A stretch of DNA of 60,687 bases, filler included, from Dirinaria sp. TL-2023a (Eukaryota), in assembly GCA_051941275.1 (NCBI GenBank). It is 2 parts of 2 records of this genome, joined end to end, with 100 filler letters (N's around TTAATTAATTAA, not from the genome) between each part and the next. Parts side by side here need not be neighbours in the genome. Positions count along the whole stretch, not along the records: positions 1 to 30,296 come from JAVEBF010000101.1; 1 more part is not named here. The stretch is one strand, 5' to 3'. Made by a program: the position numbers and the translations under genes. Below, one piece after another: positions 13,480 through 25,541 of this stretch. The stretch's first letter is position 1. Each line of letters starts with the position of its first letter. A model generated the notes under the pieces. It was not told the DNA's origin, searched no databases, and saw only the letters and a program-made list of their open reading frames with translations.

Positions 13480-14960
13480 GTTTATTTGTAATGATCCAAA
13501 AATGTTGGTTTATGTTCACGTTTATGAGAGGGATGAGGGAAATTGAAAGAAAACATTGTCTTCAGATACAGATCTCGCACCAGATTAGCGAATGTAAAAT
13601 CTGGCCTGTCCAGAACGAAATCCCTCAAGTTCATCGAGCTGCTGCTGAATTGCGCCAATTTGAGCAAGCGTGTTCAACAAGGCGGCTTCTTCATTGGCAG
13701 CTTGGAAATTAGCCGTTTCGTAAATCCCTTCGCCACATTGTTTTGCATCTTGTCAAAGAATATCAAAGTTAATTCCAGCTAATAGAACGCATTGAAATCG
13801 TGTAGTTGGCGGATCCGCACGATCTCGTACGAATGGACATCTACATCATCTTCCACGCTGAGACTCCTCGTACTTGGTACGCTATGGACAAGCCCAATTA
13901 ATCGCTGGTCTCCGAACATTATCGCTGAACTTCGTATGAGGCTTGTATCCGAGATGCATGGAAAGGAGGGAGACAGAGTGAGCGTATGGGGCTTCCATCG
14001 GACGAGCTTCCTATGGTACGCAGCCAGCATTGGAGTCTCTCGTGATCAAATGAAGGACGAGCACTTACAGTCCGGTGAACCTAGATGGAGAGGTTTGTGC
14101 ATTGATTGTGGACGGGTCGAAATTGAGCCAATGGTGAGCTTAGGATGTAAATTAGCAATATTGTTTTGTATAGAGCAATGCTAATGGTTATTTGGAGTGA
14201 AGATTGAGGGTAGATTGATAGCACAGTGATTAAGAATTTATATATAGAAGAATACGAGGACGTTCTCGATAATTTCAACGCCGCTCTTGAGGAAAGATCT
14301 GTAATCAACAGGTCTGAGGTAGTCGTAGACCAGCGCATTCTGCTCCGAAGAGTGAGAGAATCCGCGCATGATCAAAGTAGCTGGATTCTTTAGCGTCCTT
14401 CTCCTCCCTCAGGGATGCAATCACTTCGAGCAATGTCCAATTTGCCATATTGAATGAGATAATCTCTGAGTATCGATCGATTTTTGAGTCGCTAGAAATT
14501 TCGGCGAATAATAGAAAGCCATCAGCCCATTTGTAGAATTGATAAACTTTATCAACGCTGAAGAACGCCCGAAGAGAAGAAAAAGGTAGATTATTTATTC
14601 TGACATTGTTGGAATGGATCAAAAGTATGGGTTATGTCTGCTAAACCGAGAATGCCGTCGGTAGAAGATGGGTGTTGATCGTCAAACTCTTATTTCACGA
14701 CAGCAAATGCCGCTTTGGGTGTATTTAATTCAAAAGGCTCCCTATAATTCGAGAATGTTGATCAGGGCCAGCGTATAGATGAACTTATTCTCATCATAAA
14801 TTCCCGAGGAAAATTTTCCACAAGCTGATCGGAACTTGTTTTGAGTATGAGAAAGCCTGCCGTTTTTTGAGACCTTTCATTTTTTTTCGTAAAGCGGCCG
14901 TCCTGGAGATGTATCGAGTAGAGTAGTATAGCACAAGGTTGCTTTATTGTTACTTCTTTC
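13480..14960 (-). pseudogene. Degenerate gene remnant of unknown family
   Basis: Chain of same-strand short ORFs (14762-14962, 14305-14622, 13779-14030, 13482-13667) with protein-like composition. Confidence 0.3.
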
Positions 14961-17900
14961 ATTACTCATAAGCATGGTTGTTAGTGCAGCAACTAAAGCT
15001 ATGTCGTAAAACCGAGGGCACAGGCAGCTAGCTCAGTAAGACATACAAAGTAAGGACAAGAAGGACACTAAACTCCATGGTCGAGCTTGATATAGCCGCA
15101 GCAAAACTCTGCGTACTGAAGTCAGCGACCAAAGAGCAAAGACATGCAAATTATCTACCGCGGAATAAAGAGTCTCTTGAAGATGCGTCATTGCGTAAGC
15201 ATTGAACGCCTTCTCGTCCTTGGGTGGTTTATCCATCTGGCAGGATCCATTATGACCAACTATTGAAAATGATGTTGAATAAGAGTTCTTGTTCCCAGGG
15301 TGGATTTTGACGCCATTCGATCGCTTTATTTGTCGCGATCCAGTCACGCTCAGCGGTGCTGAGGTTGTTTCACCGCTTTGGGGTTTTATCTTCCATTTGG
15401 ACGCATTTGGAAGAAATAAAAAAAGGGGAGTTCACCGGAGACAAGAGAAGACGCAGGAGGATATGGACGTAAGGCAGAGGTTTACACGTTTGTTAGAGCG
15501 GCACATTTGACTTTCACTTGAGATACCTCTTTGAAAGTCTTGTGACCTGGCGAGCTGATTGAAACTTGTCACCAATCACCAGGAGTCGACGCATAGCCGA
15601 TATGCATTGTTCCCTTGCCTAAGTTAAGCCATAATTAAACATCAAGGACGATGGAGTGCTGCTCTGCGTTCCAAATCAAAAGATGATACGACAAATGAGT
15701 TGAGACTGATGAGCTGCTTTTGAACTTGCAGCTTAAACCCTATTTACCAGGATATTCCAGATTGTGGCAAGATGAACTTTTCACTCAAGAGCGAATCTGA
15801 ATTCTTGACAGGTTGTCCTTGCTTGGGAACTATTCGGGCGCTCAACCCATCTTCGAAGATTAATATGCGTGCTTGTTATTTGGTATGTCGGCTTTCTTTT
15901 TCACTAGAGTTCTTCCATAGAAGGTCCACCGGAAAGCATGAGAAGCAAGTGATGTTCTTCCTTCGGTACAAGTACGAGTATTGAGTGCCCAACAGCTGTA
16001 CCTAACCAGCTCTGGATCGGTAGGCTTGACACGAGGAGAGAAGATAGATTCCTCTCAGTATGATCCGGGCCCGTCGCTTGACGATGCTAGAGCGGATCGG
16101 GTATTGCTTTACCTCATACACTCGTAACAAATAACCGAACTTCTTATCAACATCGATATCTGGTCGATAATGAATACTCAAAATCCTGAGGGTTCATGAT
16201 CTTTTTCCCGAATCCTAATAGTAAATTGCCATGGTGGTCAGGTAGTACCACGAGAGGATGATTCCATATTTCGCACGTCGGAAGAAGTGTGTGAAAACGT
16301 TCTACTGAAAAAGAAACGCTTGAAGTTGATAGGAGAACAACGAAGACAACCGATACAAAGACCGAAGGAGAAATAAAACATACTGAGTAAGAGTTAACCG
16401 AATGACATGATCTTAAGGAAGAAAATCTTTGAAAGTGGTTCCGGAATCTCGTTTTGTCTGTATCGCGATATTTCAGCGCTTGTGTTGATGAAACGACAAC
16501 GAACCTCGCAAAGTAATGCGTAGTGCAATCGGAATGTATCAAGTTATTCTTTTGTAATTGTATCCATCAACGTAGCCGTGATATTCTTCTGTCACCATCC
16601 GTCTACACAGTAGTGTTCTCTCCCTGGTGAAGTTATTGTTTTGCAGACTTCAAGGCTGGCAAAATCCCCGGAGCGCTTCATATTCCCTCGTCGAAGTCAA
16701 TCCCTTATGGTGGCAGGATTCTTACATACGTCGTCTCATGATAGATTCCTCCATCCCCACACGCACTTGAGATCCATGAGATGCTGATCTACCTCGCATT
16801 CCATAGCACTGTAAAAGTGGTCAGAACCTTTCCAATACGTTGTTCGCCTTCACAGATGCCCACGCATCTATTTCTGTATCTTGTCATTATGTAATGCCAA
16901 TCATAGTTTCAGCCGGCCAACTGGAAAGGCTTTGATTATCGTATTGACCTAATAAAACTGTCAATGTGCGATGGCTTGTCAGACCATTCGTTTTTCAACC
17001 GCCCAATAGCGACGCGGTAATCGCAATCCGTCCAGCATCGCTGAATATCTCATTGAGTCAACTTTATCGCTCATCATCTAGCGGGTCAAAGTCCTGAAAT
17101 GGGCTTTATTGGTCATGGTTTCCACTTTTGAATGAACCAGTCTATTCTTTTCGCAGGGTGACGGATCTCACACAGGAGTTCTTCCGGATTCGTCTTCGCA
17201 ACTGTGGCAGCTCTGTCTACGCTTTCAAGTCATTAGGTGCTTGGCTATTCTACTGTACACTGTTTTCAATCCATCTTGAGATTGAATTTGCCTGATCAAA
17301 CAGATGGAAAGAGAGCTGAGATACAAGATTTAGATCTGAATAAATCTCAGAAAAAGACTGCATAGACCTGAGCCTCGCGTTAAAAAAGGCGACGCGCCCT
17401 TTTTGAGAGTGTTTGGCTTCTTCTTGCCGGGGACCTATATGAGTAGGTGGCGGAAGTGGAAGAAGAAGACTGAGAATCCGTGTAGCAGACGGTGTAGAGT
17501 AAGGTAATTAGAGAATCAGGTGGATATATAGTTTAGAAATGACAGATTATCGTAGGCACTGGTGAGAATACTGATCATGAGCTGAGATTTTGATGGTCTA
17601 AGGTGGAAGAATCGTAGTCAGAAAATACCGGTTACTTTTCAGAAGCCGGTCCAGTCGTCACTACTGATTGCGACGTTTTCCAGGGTTCGTTCATTGTCAA
17701 GAATATGATGGAGAGCTTTTCCGGCGGCTAGAAGTTTTTGCAGGTCTTTCCAACAAGGATAGAAAATAAAGAAGCGCGAAGCTAGAAGTTTTGCATGCAT
17801 GTGTTGTCACTTCAGTCACCTTTTCACTCATTTAAACCATAGATGAGCACCCACTTGTCTTAGTTAGCAATGCATACAGAAGCCAGTGCCCAATAGCCAT

Positions 17901-19020
17901 TTTAAAGAGATTTAGATAGAATGGCTTAAGCTCTGAGCAAAGAGATTATGGAGAGCCAAGATCCTATAACAGGATGGCCAGGAGGTCATCTGCACGCTCC
18001 TGCACTGCAACTTTGAGGGTGATTTTCTAGCCGGGTCTGCCACAGATCTTATTCTGGAAATCCCACCGTGGAAATGGGCGCACGGGGCTGGCTCTGCTAT
18101 TCGGTACTGACTAGAAGAACTCGTCAGATTAGTACAGCTCAATACAGGCTCAACAGATTTCAATCTACTAACTTGTATCGTTCTCGAGTATAAGTACTTT
18201 GAACATAAGACATACTTCCCTTTTTCCTCGCTTGGATATTGCTGACGATGATTTGTGGAGGAGTTTCTCCACAGCAGGATCTATACGAAAGTAGTCATTA
18301 TCTTTCTTTGCAATACTCGTATCGATCACCGCAAAAGCGATTCTTGCCTCGAATTTGCGCAGATAATGTATCGATCTAAAGCGGAAAGTGCAACCCGGCT
18401 CAGCGAATCTCTTATCGATATTCTGAGTATTGCCATGGACTCAATTGCGCCTGCCTCTTGGATTCTTCAACCATGTCGTCTATTTCCATTTTACACTCGT
18501 ATGATGGTGCGTCTGGCGCACTTAGCACTTTCTTTATCAGGAATTTGCTGTAAACGACCGCTGCGTGAACCTCGAAATACTCCTTCAGCTGAGTACTCAT
18601 CATTTCCAGCTCAATATACTGTCATCGAGACTTCGATACATTTTATTCAATGATAGCATCACGATCATTGACGAATTTGATGACAGAAATGAAGATGCGA
18701 CGAAGCTGAAAGGTGATTAAGATCGGGGGGAAAAAAACGAGATCACGTGAGAATCCATTCGATTGCCGACGATGACCATCGAAAATGGATGATGAAATCT
18801 TGAGAATTGATGTATACTCAATTAGACGCAGGAGAAGAGAAGAAAGAAGTGTAGGTGCGGAAACAATCCGGTCGACAAAATTGTCCTGAAGACCCTTATA
18901 CAATGAATGCCATAATAAAATTTGAGTACTGAACACACTTTGGGGGTACCACTGAGTTGCTGCCCATGAGTAGACTCTCACCTGCTTATATTGAAAGCCT
19001 TAGTCTCACGTAAACAGGAG

Positions 19021-19924
19021 TTAGATCTTCCCGGCTAATACCTCTGCTGTCTTCTCATTGATAGCTCCTTCCTCGTCTTCTTCGTCGTCTTTTTCGAGAT
19101 CCCTTATCAGCTGTTTGAGCTGTATAGTCATGTTCTTGGCCTCCAGACTCTGCCAGTCACGGCGCATCTGGAGAGATGCTTGCTTTATGTCAAGCGCCTC
19201 TTCGTCGTCGGGTTTGAAAGAAAAAAGCTGAAGAAAATGCACTCGACGACGAGGTGCACATGCGGAAATTGAATCTTCCGATAAGTGGTCAATTCACATT
19301 CGGACAATTCTTTGAGGTGGCCCACCTTCTTACATTTGTTGCAAATTCCTTTGTCTAAGTTTGGACATTCTGAATTGATCGTATGACCAAATGCTTTACA
19401 CCGAGCAAAATGATAGTCATGCCCTTAGCCTCCATACTCTGCCAGTCACGGAACATCTGAAAAGATGCTTGCTTTATGTCAAGCGCCTCTTTGTCGGCGA
19501 AATTGGGAAAGAAAGCTGATATATATGAAACGTACTGACCAGAGACGTGCGTATACGGGCATTCAATCTTTGGATAAGGGGTTAATTCGCATTCGGACGA
19601 TTCTTTGATATGGCCCACCTTTTTGCATTTGTTGCACATTCTTTTGTCTGAATTTGTCCATTCTGGATTGATAGTATGGCCAAACTCTTTGCAACGAGCA
19701 CAACGAAGGGCGAAGTTATCATGGTCTCGATGGCCAACTTCTACACACCTATGATAAGTCTTCTGACCGTTTTTTTTTTTTTTTTTTTTTCACTCCACGC
19801 ATTTACAGGCCACATGGTCAATGCTGCTGCAATTTCGACAGACTACGCTGCCTGTTTGCTGCTCTTGTTCTTCGAGGAATTTTAGAACCTTCGTAATAGC
19901 TAACTTGAGGTAAGTGCCGCTCAT
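19021..19924 (-). pseudogene. Multi-CCHC zinc-knuckle protein gene, disrupted
   Basis: Knuckle-like motifs CRNCSSIDHVACKC, (Y)HRCVEVGH, CARCKEFGHTINPE(W), CNKCKKVGHIKESSEC, CKAFGHTINSEC and CNKCKKVGHLKELSEC. Interrupted by a stop, a 21-nt homopolymer (19770-19790) and frameshifts; acidic C-terminus. Confidence 0.65.
19124..19690. repeat. Diverged ~290-bp tandem duplication (2 copies)
   Basis: 19124-19397 aligns with 19413-19690; shared blocks include ACTCTGCCAGTCACGG, AGATGCTTGCTTTATGTCAAGCGCCTCTT and TGGCCCACCTT. Many differences are transitions. Confidence 0.9.
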
Positions 19925-20254
19925 AGAGTTTCGCTTGAACAGTGTAGACGACCTTCTTTCGGTTGTAGTACGTAAAAACAATATGCTCAAAAAGAATTCG
20001 CCGGGCGACAACAGCCTAATGGCGTTTTTGCAATGGAATTCTTATAAATATGGAGACTTAAGTAGTGATGTTTAAGGCTATATCCTTCTGTCATTCCTCA
20101 GGAGTGGAAAGCCAGCTCTTAGTAGTCACTGTGAGGGCCTTGCGTGAACTTGCGTTTAGAAGTAGATGAAAGATTGACTTAGCAAATGTTAGAATTATGA
20201 GAAAGTATATATAAGAGTTTCAAGCTGTCAAAGCATTCGATCATTTGTATAGGA

Positions 20255-21002
20255 TTAAGTGTGCTTCTTCCTCGATGTACCACGGTCCGTCGTCATGTTG
20301 TCAATATTGTTGATTTGGGTCGCGTACATTAACACGGTGTAGTTCAGGTCTGAGTCTTTGAACGATTTGAAGTCAAAGTAATTTTTTACTCTTAGGCTAG
20401 AGATCTCAAAATATCTTTTCGTAAAATAAGAGCTTGTTCGCACTTGGTGAAGCCAGATGGCTAAGAGGTCTGTCAATTAGCGAGCGAGCATTGAATACCA
20501 AGAACAATTTAACAAGACTCATTGAAATACCACTGCTGATAGTAGTGAGTTTCAGTTGCCAGAGCGAGTCAAAAGATGGATTGGTCTCGAAGAAAAACGC
20601 CTCGCGCCAGATCTCCGCTTGTTTCTTACCAACTCTTGAAGCCTTGTGTCTATTAGAGCTAAAGACTTCTGTATTGTATTCTCTTGTCCCTGTTGCAATC
20701 AGTGATCTTGTTCGAGAGCAAATTTGAAATCTGAGACTAGGTGAGAAATGCGAAGTATCGAAAAGATGATCTATTCTGACGAAGAATCGAACTTCTTTAG
20801 CGCATTTATTGAAGTAGTGAGATTCGACGCGAAGATCAGCAATTGTCGAGACGAGGTAAGCAGCGATCGTTGACTCGAGAGAAGCAACGTTTGTAAAGTG
20901 AAGAGGGGGGTTCGAAGCGGAAGGGTAGGAGGTGAATGCGAGAACGCTAGTTATCGTTGATGCTTGATCTGCAGACAAATGAATTAATCTTAATTTCGAC
21001 AC
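20255..21002 (-). pseudogene. Degenerate gene of unknown family
   Basis: 198-codon frame without ATG (20406-21002) that continues past stops as ...IVQRLRPELHRVNVRDPNQQY*QHDDGPWYIEEEAH; CC/GG-poor. Confidence 0.35.
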
Positions 21003-23856
21003 AAAATGCTTTCAATGACTTAAGATAGAAGCCTTCAGTCTTGAAAATCGTCGGAAAAGAAAGAGGTTGAGAAAGATCCATTTCCTGGAGATCAACGTAT
21101 TAGTTCCTATTGATTGAGTAAAGGGAGAGAGAATCACCTTTCACAACGCCTACCAAGCTTGACAATGGCTCCCATGTCAGGCATGTTTGACATTCGACTT
21201 CATGTTCCAAGCAATATACCTTGCCTCACGACAAATACATAGTAAATGGCCAATTGCTTTACCCGCACGAAATCTGAGGTAGAACATCAATTTTGTCTTC
21301 AGCACGTTTTAAGATCTTGGACAGTCGATCGTCTGATTTTGATGGTCTTGAGAAGCGATTTGATAGAGTATCATTAGGAAAAAAGCAATGTGAATAGATG
21401 ATCAATCCGAAGGAAGCATTTTGAAAACATGGTTAGAAGAAGGCCCATATCCATCTAGAGACACAAGATGTATATAGTACAAAGCAGACAACAAGAATTT
21501 CATATTCGTCGTTGCAAGAGCAACGTTAGAAGAAACCAAAAGCCATATAACAGTCCTCTGCTGATTTAATGTTGGTTGCCGAGCAGAGAATTTCAATAAT
21601 TGAACAGCATGATAGCTGTCGAATTTCGAAGTCAGAAGAGCCTAAACCAGAAAACTAACTACTAAAAATATTGATGCGACTTACGAAGCGAAGATCGAGG
21701 AGGATTTGAGAACAGACATTATGTGAAAAAGATCGCATACCAGCGATCGTGAGCATGTGGCAATTCACCAACACGCTGTGGATCCCATGACTGTTTACGT
21801 CTATAAGTTTGACGTCAGTCAAACAGAACAATAAGAATGCGATCTGCCAACTCGAGCTTCCGATTACGGTGGTTCCGAGTGTCATAGTCCCGATTGCCAC
21901 AGTCCCAGTTGCCATAATTCTGACTTCGATGGTCTCGACTGTCGTAGTTCTCTGACTCTGCAAGTGGGGTTCATACTGATTGGCGAAAATCTGAAGACAA
22001 AAGAGGTTCTAGTTGCAGTCTAAGTAATAATTATTGGAAACAGTCTTGGCTCACTTCTCTGATTTCGATATGCCTCAAGTACCTTGGTCTGCTCAAGAGC
22101 ATGGCGTTTTGTGAGAAGTTCTCGGCCTCTGAGGAAGCCACTTTACTTCTCGAATTCTAGTTCGGCGAGCGCCAGCAGTTGATTGTCGATGCGTCACGCG
22201 TTTCTGAAAGCGGCAGCCTGTGTAAGGAGTTGGGTGACAATTTGTAACTTTGAAGGCCCGGGAAGAGCTAGTGATTAGCTGCGTCAGCTCAGGCTGCGAC
22301 ATTATAAGTAAGGAATGTCAAGATTATTACAAAGTTATTAGATCCAAACGTTATGAAAGTTGAAAATCGTTAGATGAAGCATGGAAACAATAAGCAGTGA
22401 TTCTTCGCTTTTGATCAGGTGTGAAGGCGTTGTCGAGAACCTGTAATGAAAGGGACAGCATGACGATCCCGGTGTACGGTGTTCTTGATCGAAGTGGCCG
22501 CAGTGATGAGTCTTCAATGGCCGAATCATGAAGTCATCTTGGTCAGGCAAGACTTGCTGCTATCAGCGAGTCGAAGAGGTAACAAAACCTCTTTGATCCT
22601 TTCATTCAATTCACGAAGACGTTCATGTTCTGAGGAGCTCCGACCCTGCGAGATGCAAATGTCTCACTAGACAAGCTATCAGCAGTCGTGAAGGCTGCCA
22701 TTTGCTGCAGCACTTCAAAGATAGGATTCTAGACTGATAACAACTTTTCAGCTGTTACAGTCGGTTTCAAAGCAGTGACTTGCGATCTCGCCCGTCGGTT
22801 GTCTCATGCGCTGACAAAGTTCTGGTTTCAAAGTACATCATCAATTCCTGACACAAAAATATTGACGAAATGAGATGACTATTCCATCTTATAGACGCCA
22901 TTACCTCATAGACGACTGCTCAGCGTGGTATCAATATGATGATCCAAAAACAAATCATGAATTGAACAAGAGAAATGAGGGAATGCGCTGATATAATTAG
23001 CCCGGATGCTCGAAACTGCTAGATCTGGTCTTCATGTGATACGGCTCCTTTGAGGGCTCAGGCGCATGGAATCTCCTTAGTATGTAGGTGAAAATAGTGA
23101 GATCATCCTAGTAGTATAATTGCTGTGATCTTTCGACGCATGTAAGCTTCCAAGCATTATTCCATTTGACTAGATCTTCCCCTAAAAGCTTTTTCCAGCT
23201 TCATCTGGCCACCAAAGCCAAGTTACAAAGTACAGTAAGATCGCTCTTCTCAGCGGATGAGCTTGTAGGCTGCTTTCACACAGTATGAGCTCGCAGTTTA
23301 AGATCGTGATATGCAGTACAACGAGTTTAATGAGTTATAGATTCACCATTGAACCGTTCAATCCATTTTTCGCCACGAATTGACTTCGAAAAGTTACTGT
23401 CTCCTTTACTCTCGACGCTAGGAGTATATCTTTGATCGAAGTATTAACGCGAACTTTGTACGACAGTAAATGTAAATTCTGTTTCACAAGGATCATTTTT
23501 TGAGAGAGAGCCACACCTAGGAACTTTCTCTTACAAGCGTAGCAATGAATATTGAGTTACCATCAAATACTGTCGAGTGAGCTCTAGCTTTGGCAGGTAT
23601 GTGCACCTGGAAACATCTAGAAATGGCTTTGTGCATCCTTTGGCGTTTCAGTCGAATTTTCGCCCTCCGATCCGCGCGAATAATTGCAGCGTCTTCTAAG
23701 GTTGAAGCGTCAAATCTTTGAGCAGTCGGTAGTGTTGAAAGTAAGCGTTCAAATTACTTTATCGAAAACGTCCGCGTTGCGCGTTTGGGGAATTTTTATT
23801 CCAGGAGCTTCTTTCTTGTTTGCTTTGCCAAATCTCGATCAGCTACAGGCGTTAGT

Positions 23857-24456
23857 ATGATACCATTCCTTTTATGCCGAATCTTTTTGGTTCTAGCAAC
23901 CCTCTGCTCGAAATCTTTAGAGATTGAGTGCTTCCATGCTCGGAGCGCTCTTCCGTATATTTCCCATTGTCAAGACCTCAACAATGCAATTGCTTGGCTA
24001 GCTCGTATGCCTGGTGAGAACAACGTTAGGGCATGGGGTCGGCGCCTCCCTACTACCGCAGAGACCCAGAAGATCCCCAAGTTGTACTTTATAGACGGCC
24101 CGGCGATCTCTACAACCTGTACCATCAAAGTTGACGTTGATCGTACCGACTCCTTTGCGGTGGACTCGTTCCGACTTAGTGATGTTGCGGCAGCTTCAAC
24201 AAGAGTTGTGGATGATTGTTTAGTGAGGCAGCGGCTCATTGGTTTGGACTACCCCAGTGAAGCCGGGCATGTTTATGTGAAGATCATGAGGACGGATGCG
24301 CCAGGCGAACTGAAACTACCTCGCAGATTTGACATGCAGAACTTGTCGTTGCCGAACTCAATGAGCGTACTGCACATCGTTTCAGGGGAGGCAGCCAAGA
24401 AGGAAACAGGGGCGTCAAGAAGCAATAGCTCGATGGACCAGATTAATGATCAATAG
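23857..24456 (+). CDS. Small secreted cysteine-containing protein (199 aa), effector-like
   Basis: Intronless ORF. ATG at 23857 gives a hydrophobic signal peptide (MIPFLLCRIFLVLATLCSKS-LEIEC) and a mature part with four spaced Cys (EC...HC...TCTIKVDV...VVDDCL). Confidence 0.75.
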   Translation: MIPFLLCRIFLVLATLCSKSLEIECFHARSALPYISHCQDLNNAIAWLARMPGENNVRAWGRRLPTTAETQKIPKLYFIDGPAISTTCTIKVDVDRTDSFAVDSFRLSDVAAASTRVVDDCLVRQRLIGLDYPSEAGHVYVKIMRTDAPGELKLPRRFDMQNLSLPNSMSVLHIVSGEAAKKETGASRSNSSMDQINDQ

Positions 24457-25541
24457 CGATATCGCCTTTCCCATCTAGAGTTTATGACACTTCTTCGACA
24501 AATTTTTCCTTGTGTCGGTAACTTCGCAATTCCTTCTCAAGTATTAAGTATTGAGGACTAAGAAGCGACAGCTCATAAGACAATCACAGACGTACTCAGC
24601 GACTACCCTTCAGTGTTAAAGATGTCAAGTCCGAACATATTAGTCGACTTACACTCTGTACCGTTCATGCCCATGATGTCCGACCATCTGCTGTGTGGAG
24701 GCGTTCCACTGTAGGCGAGCCTTTCTCCCTATTCATGACATCTCTCCGAACTCGGGGCCTAAGGCCAGGCAAGCTTTTGACATTGAGGCTGGCAGTACCC
24801 AAATGGCGGCTGCAGTGGCAAGACCCAACAGACCTTGAACAGCTGTCATTCCAGAGATTTGTACTTCGGGTGGTACGAAATCAGGCAGACTAATTATAGC
24901 TTGCACCTATACATCAGAGAGGCGAGTTTTAGGATGACTCTACTACAGCATAGACGAGAGTTGATCCCGGCCCTCCGTAAGCCTTCACTAGCGATAAGGT
25001 GTCGCAGCCGACTTAATTACCTCGAGCGTCAAATATGCTTACCAAACCTCTTGCATGGCGTGAGCGAATCCCCACCCTTGATGGATATGCTACAGGGCGC
25101 CTTCGGATAACCAGAGCTGGTGTAGTAAGACGACTAAATCCAGGATGCACATTAGTCCTTGCTACCGTTGGATCTGCATGAAGAATAAGTTTGATGTCCA
25201 CTTGAAGGGTGAAAGTCGCTAAGCAAAAAGAGGATGGTGAGCCAAGTGTCGTCCGAGCTTGCAAATATATGTTCTATAATACCAAAAGCAAAGAATTCCA
25301 TGGCGAATTTCCCATTTCACCTGGCTATCGGATCGAGAAATCGCGTGTTATTGTGAGACACAACCTGACGTGGCCGTGAGATTTCAAGTAAGTTTCTCGG
25401 CGAAGAGTAAGCGCATACATCTGTACTAGGTAGAGTCTCGTGAGCGACAACAGCTGTGATTCGTGACATCCTTCTATATCAACAAAATTTCATGCAAGCT
25501 TTCCGCGCTTGGTGCCTTCACTAAGATGGTATCGCTGGTCT

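Larger units (their letters stand above)
1..23500. other. Degenerate accessory region of fragmented genes with patchy RIP-like mutation
   Basis: No ORF of 200 aa or more in 23 kb. Protein-like frames are broken by stops and frameshifts, some with remnant GT-AG introns. Tracts lack CC/GG and are rich in TCGA. Boundaries approximate. Confidence 0.75.
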
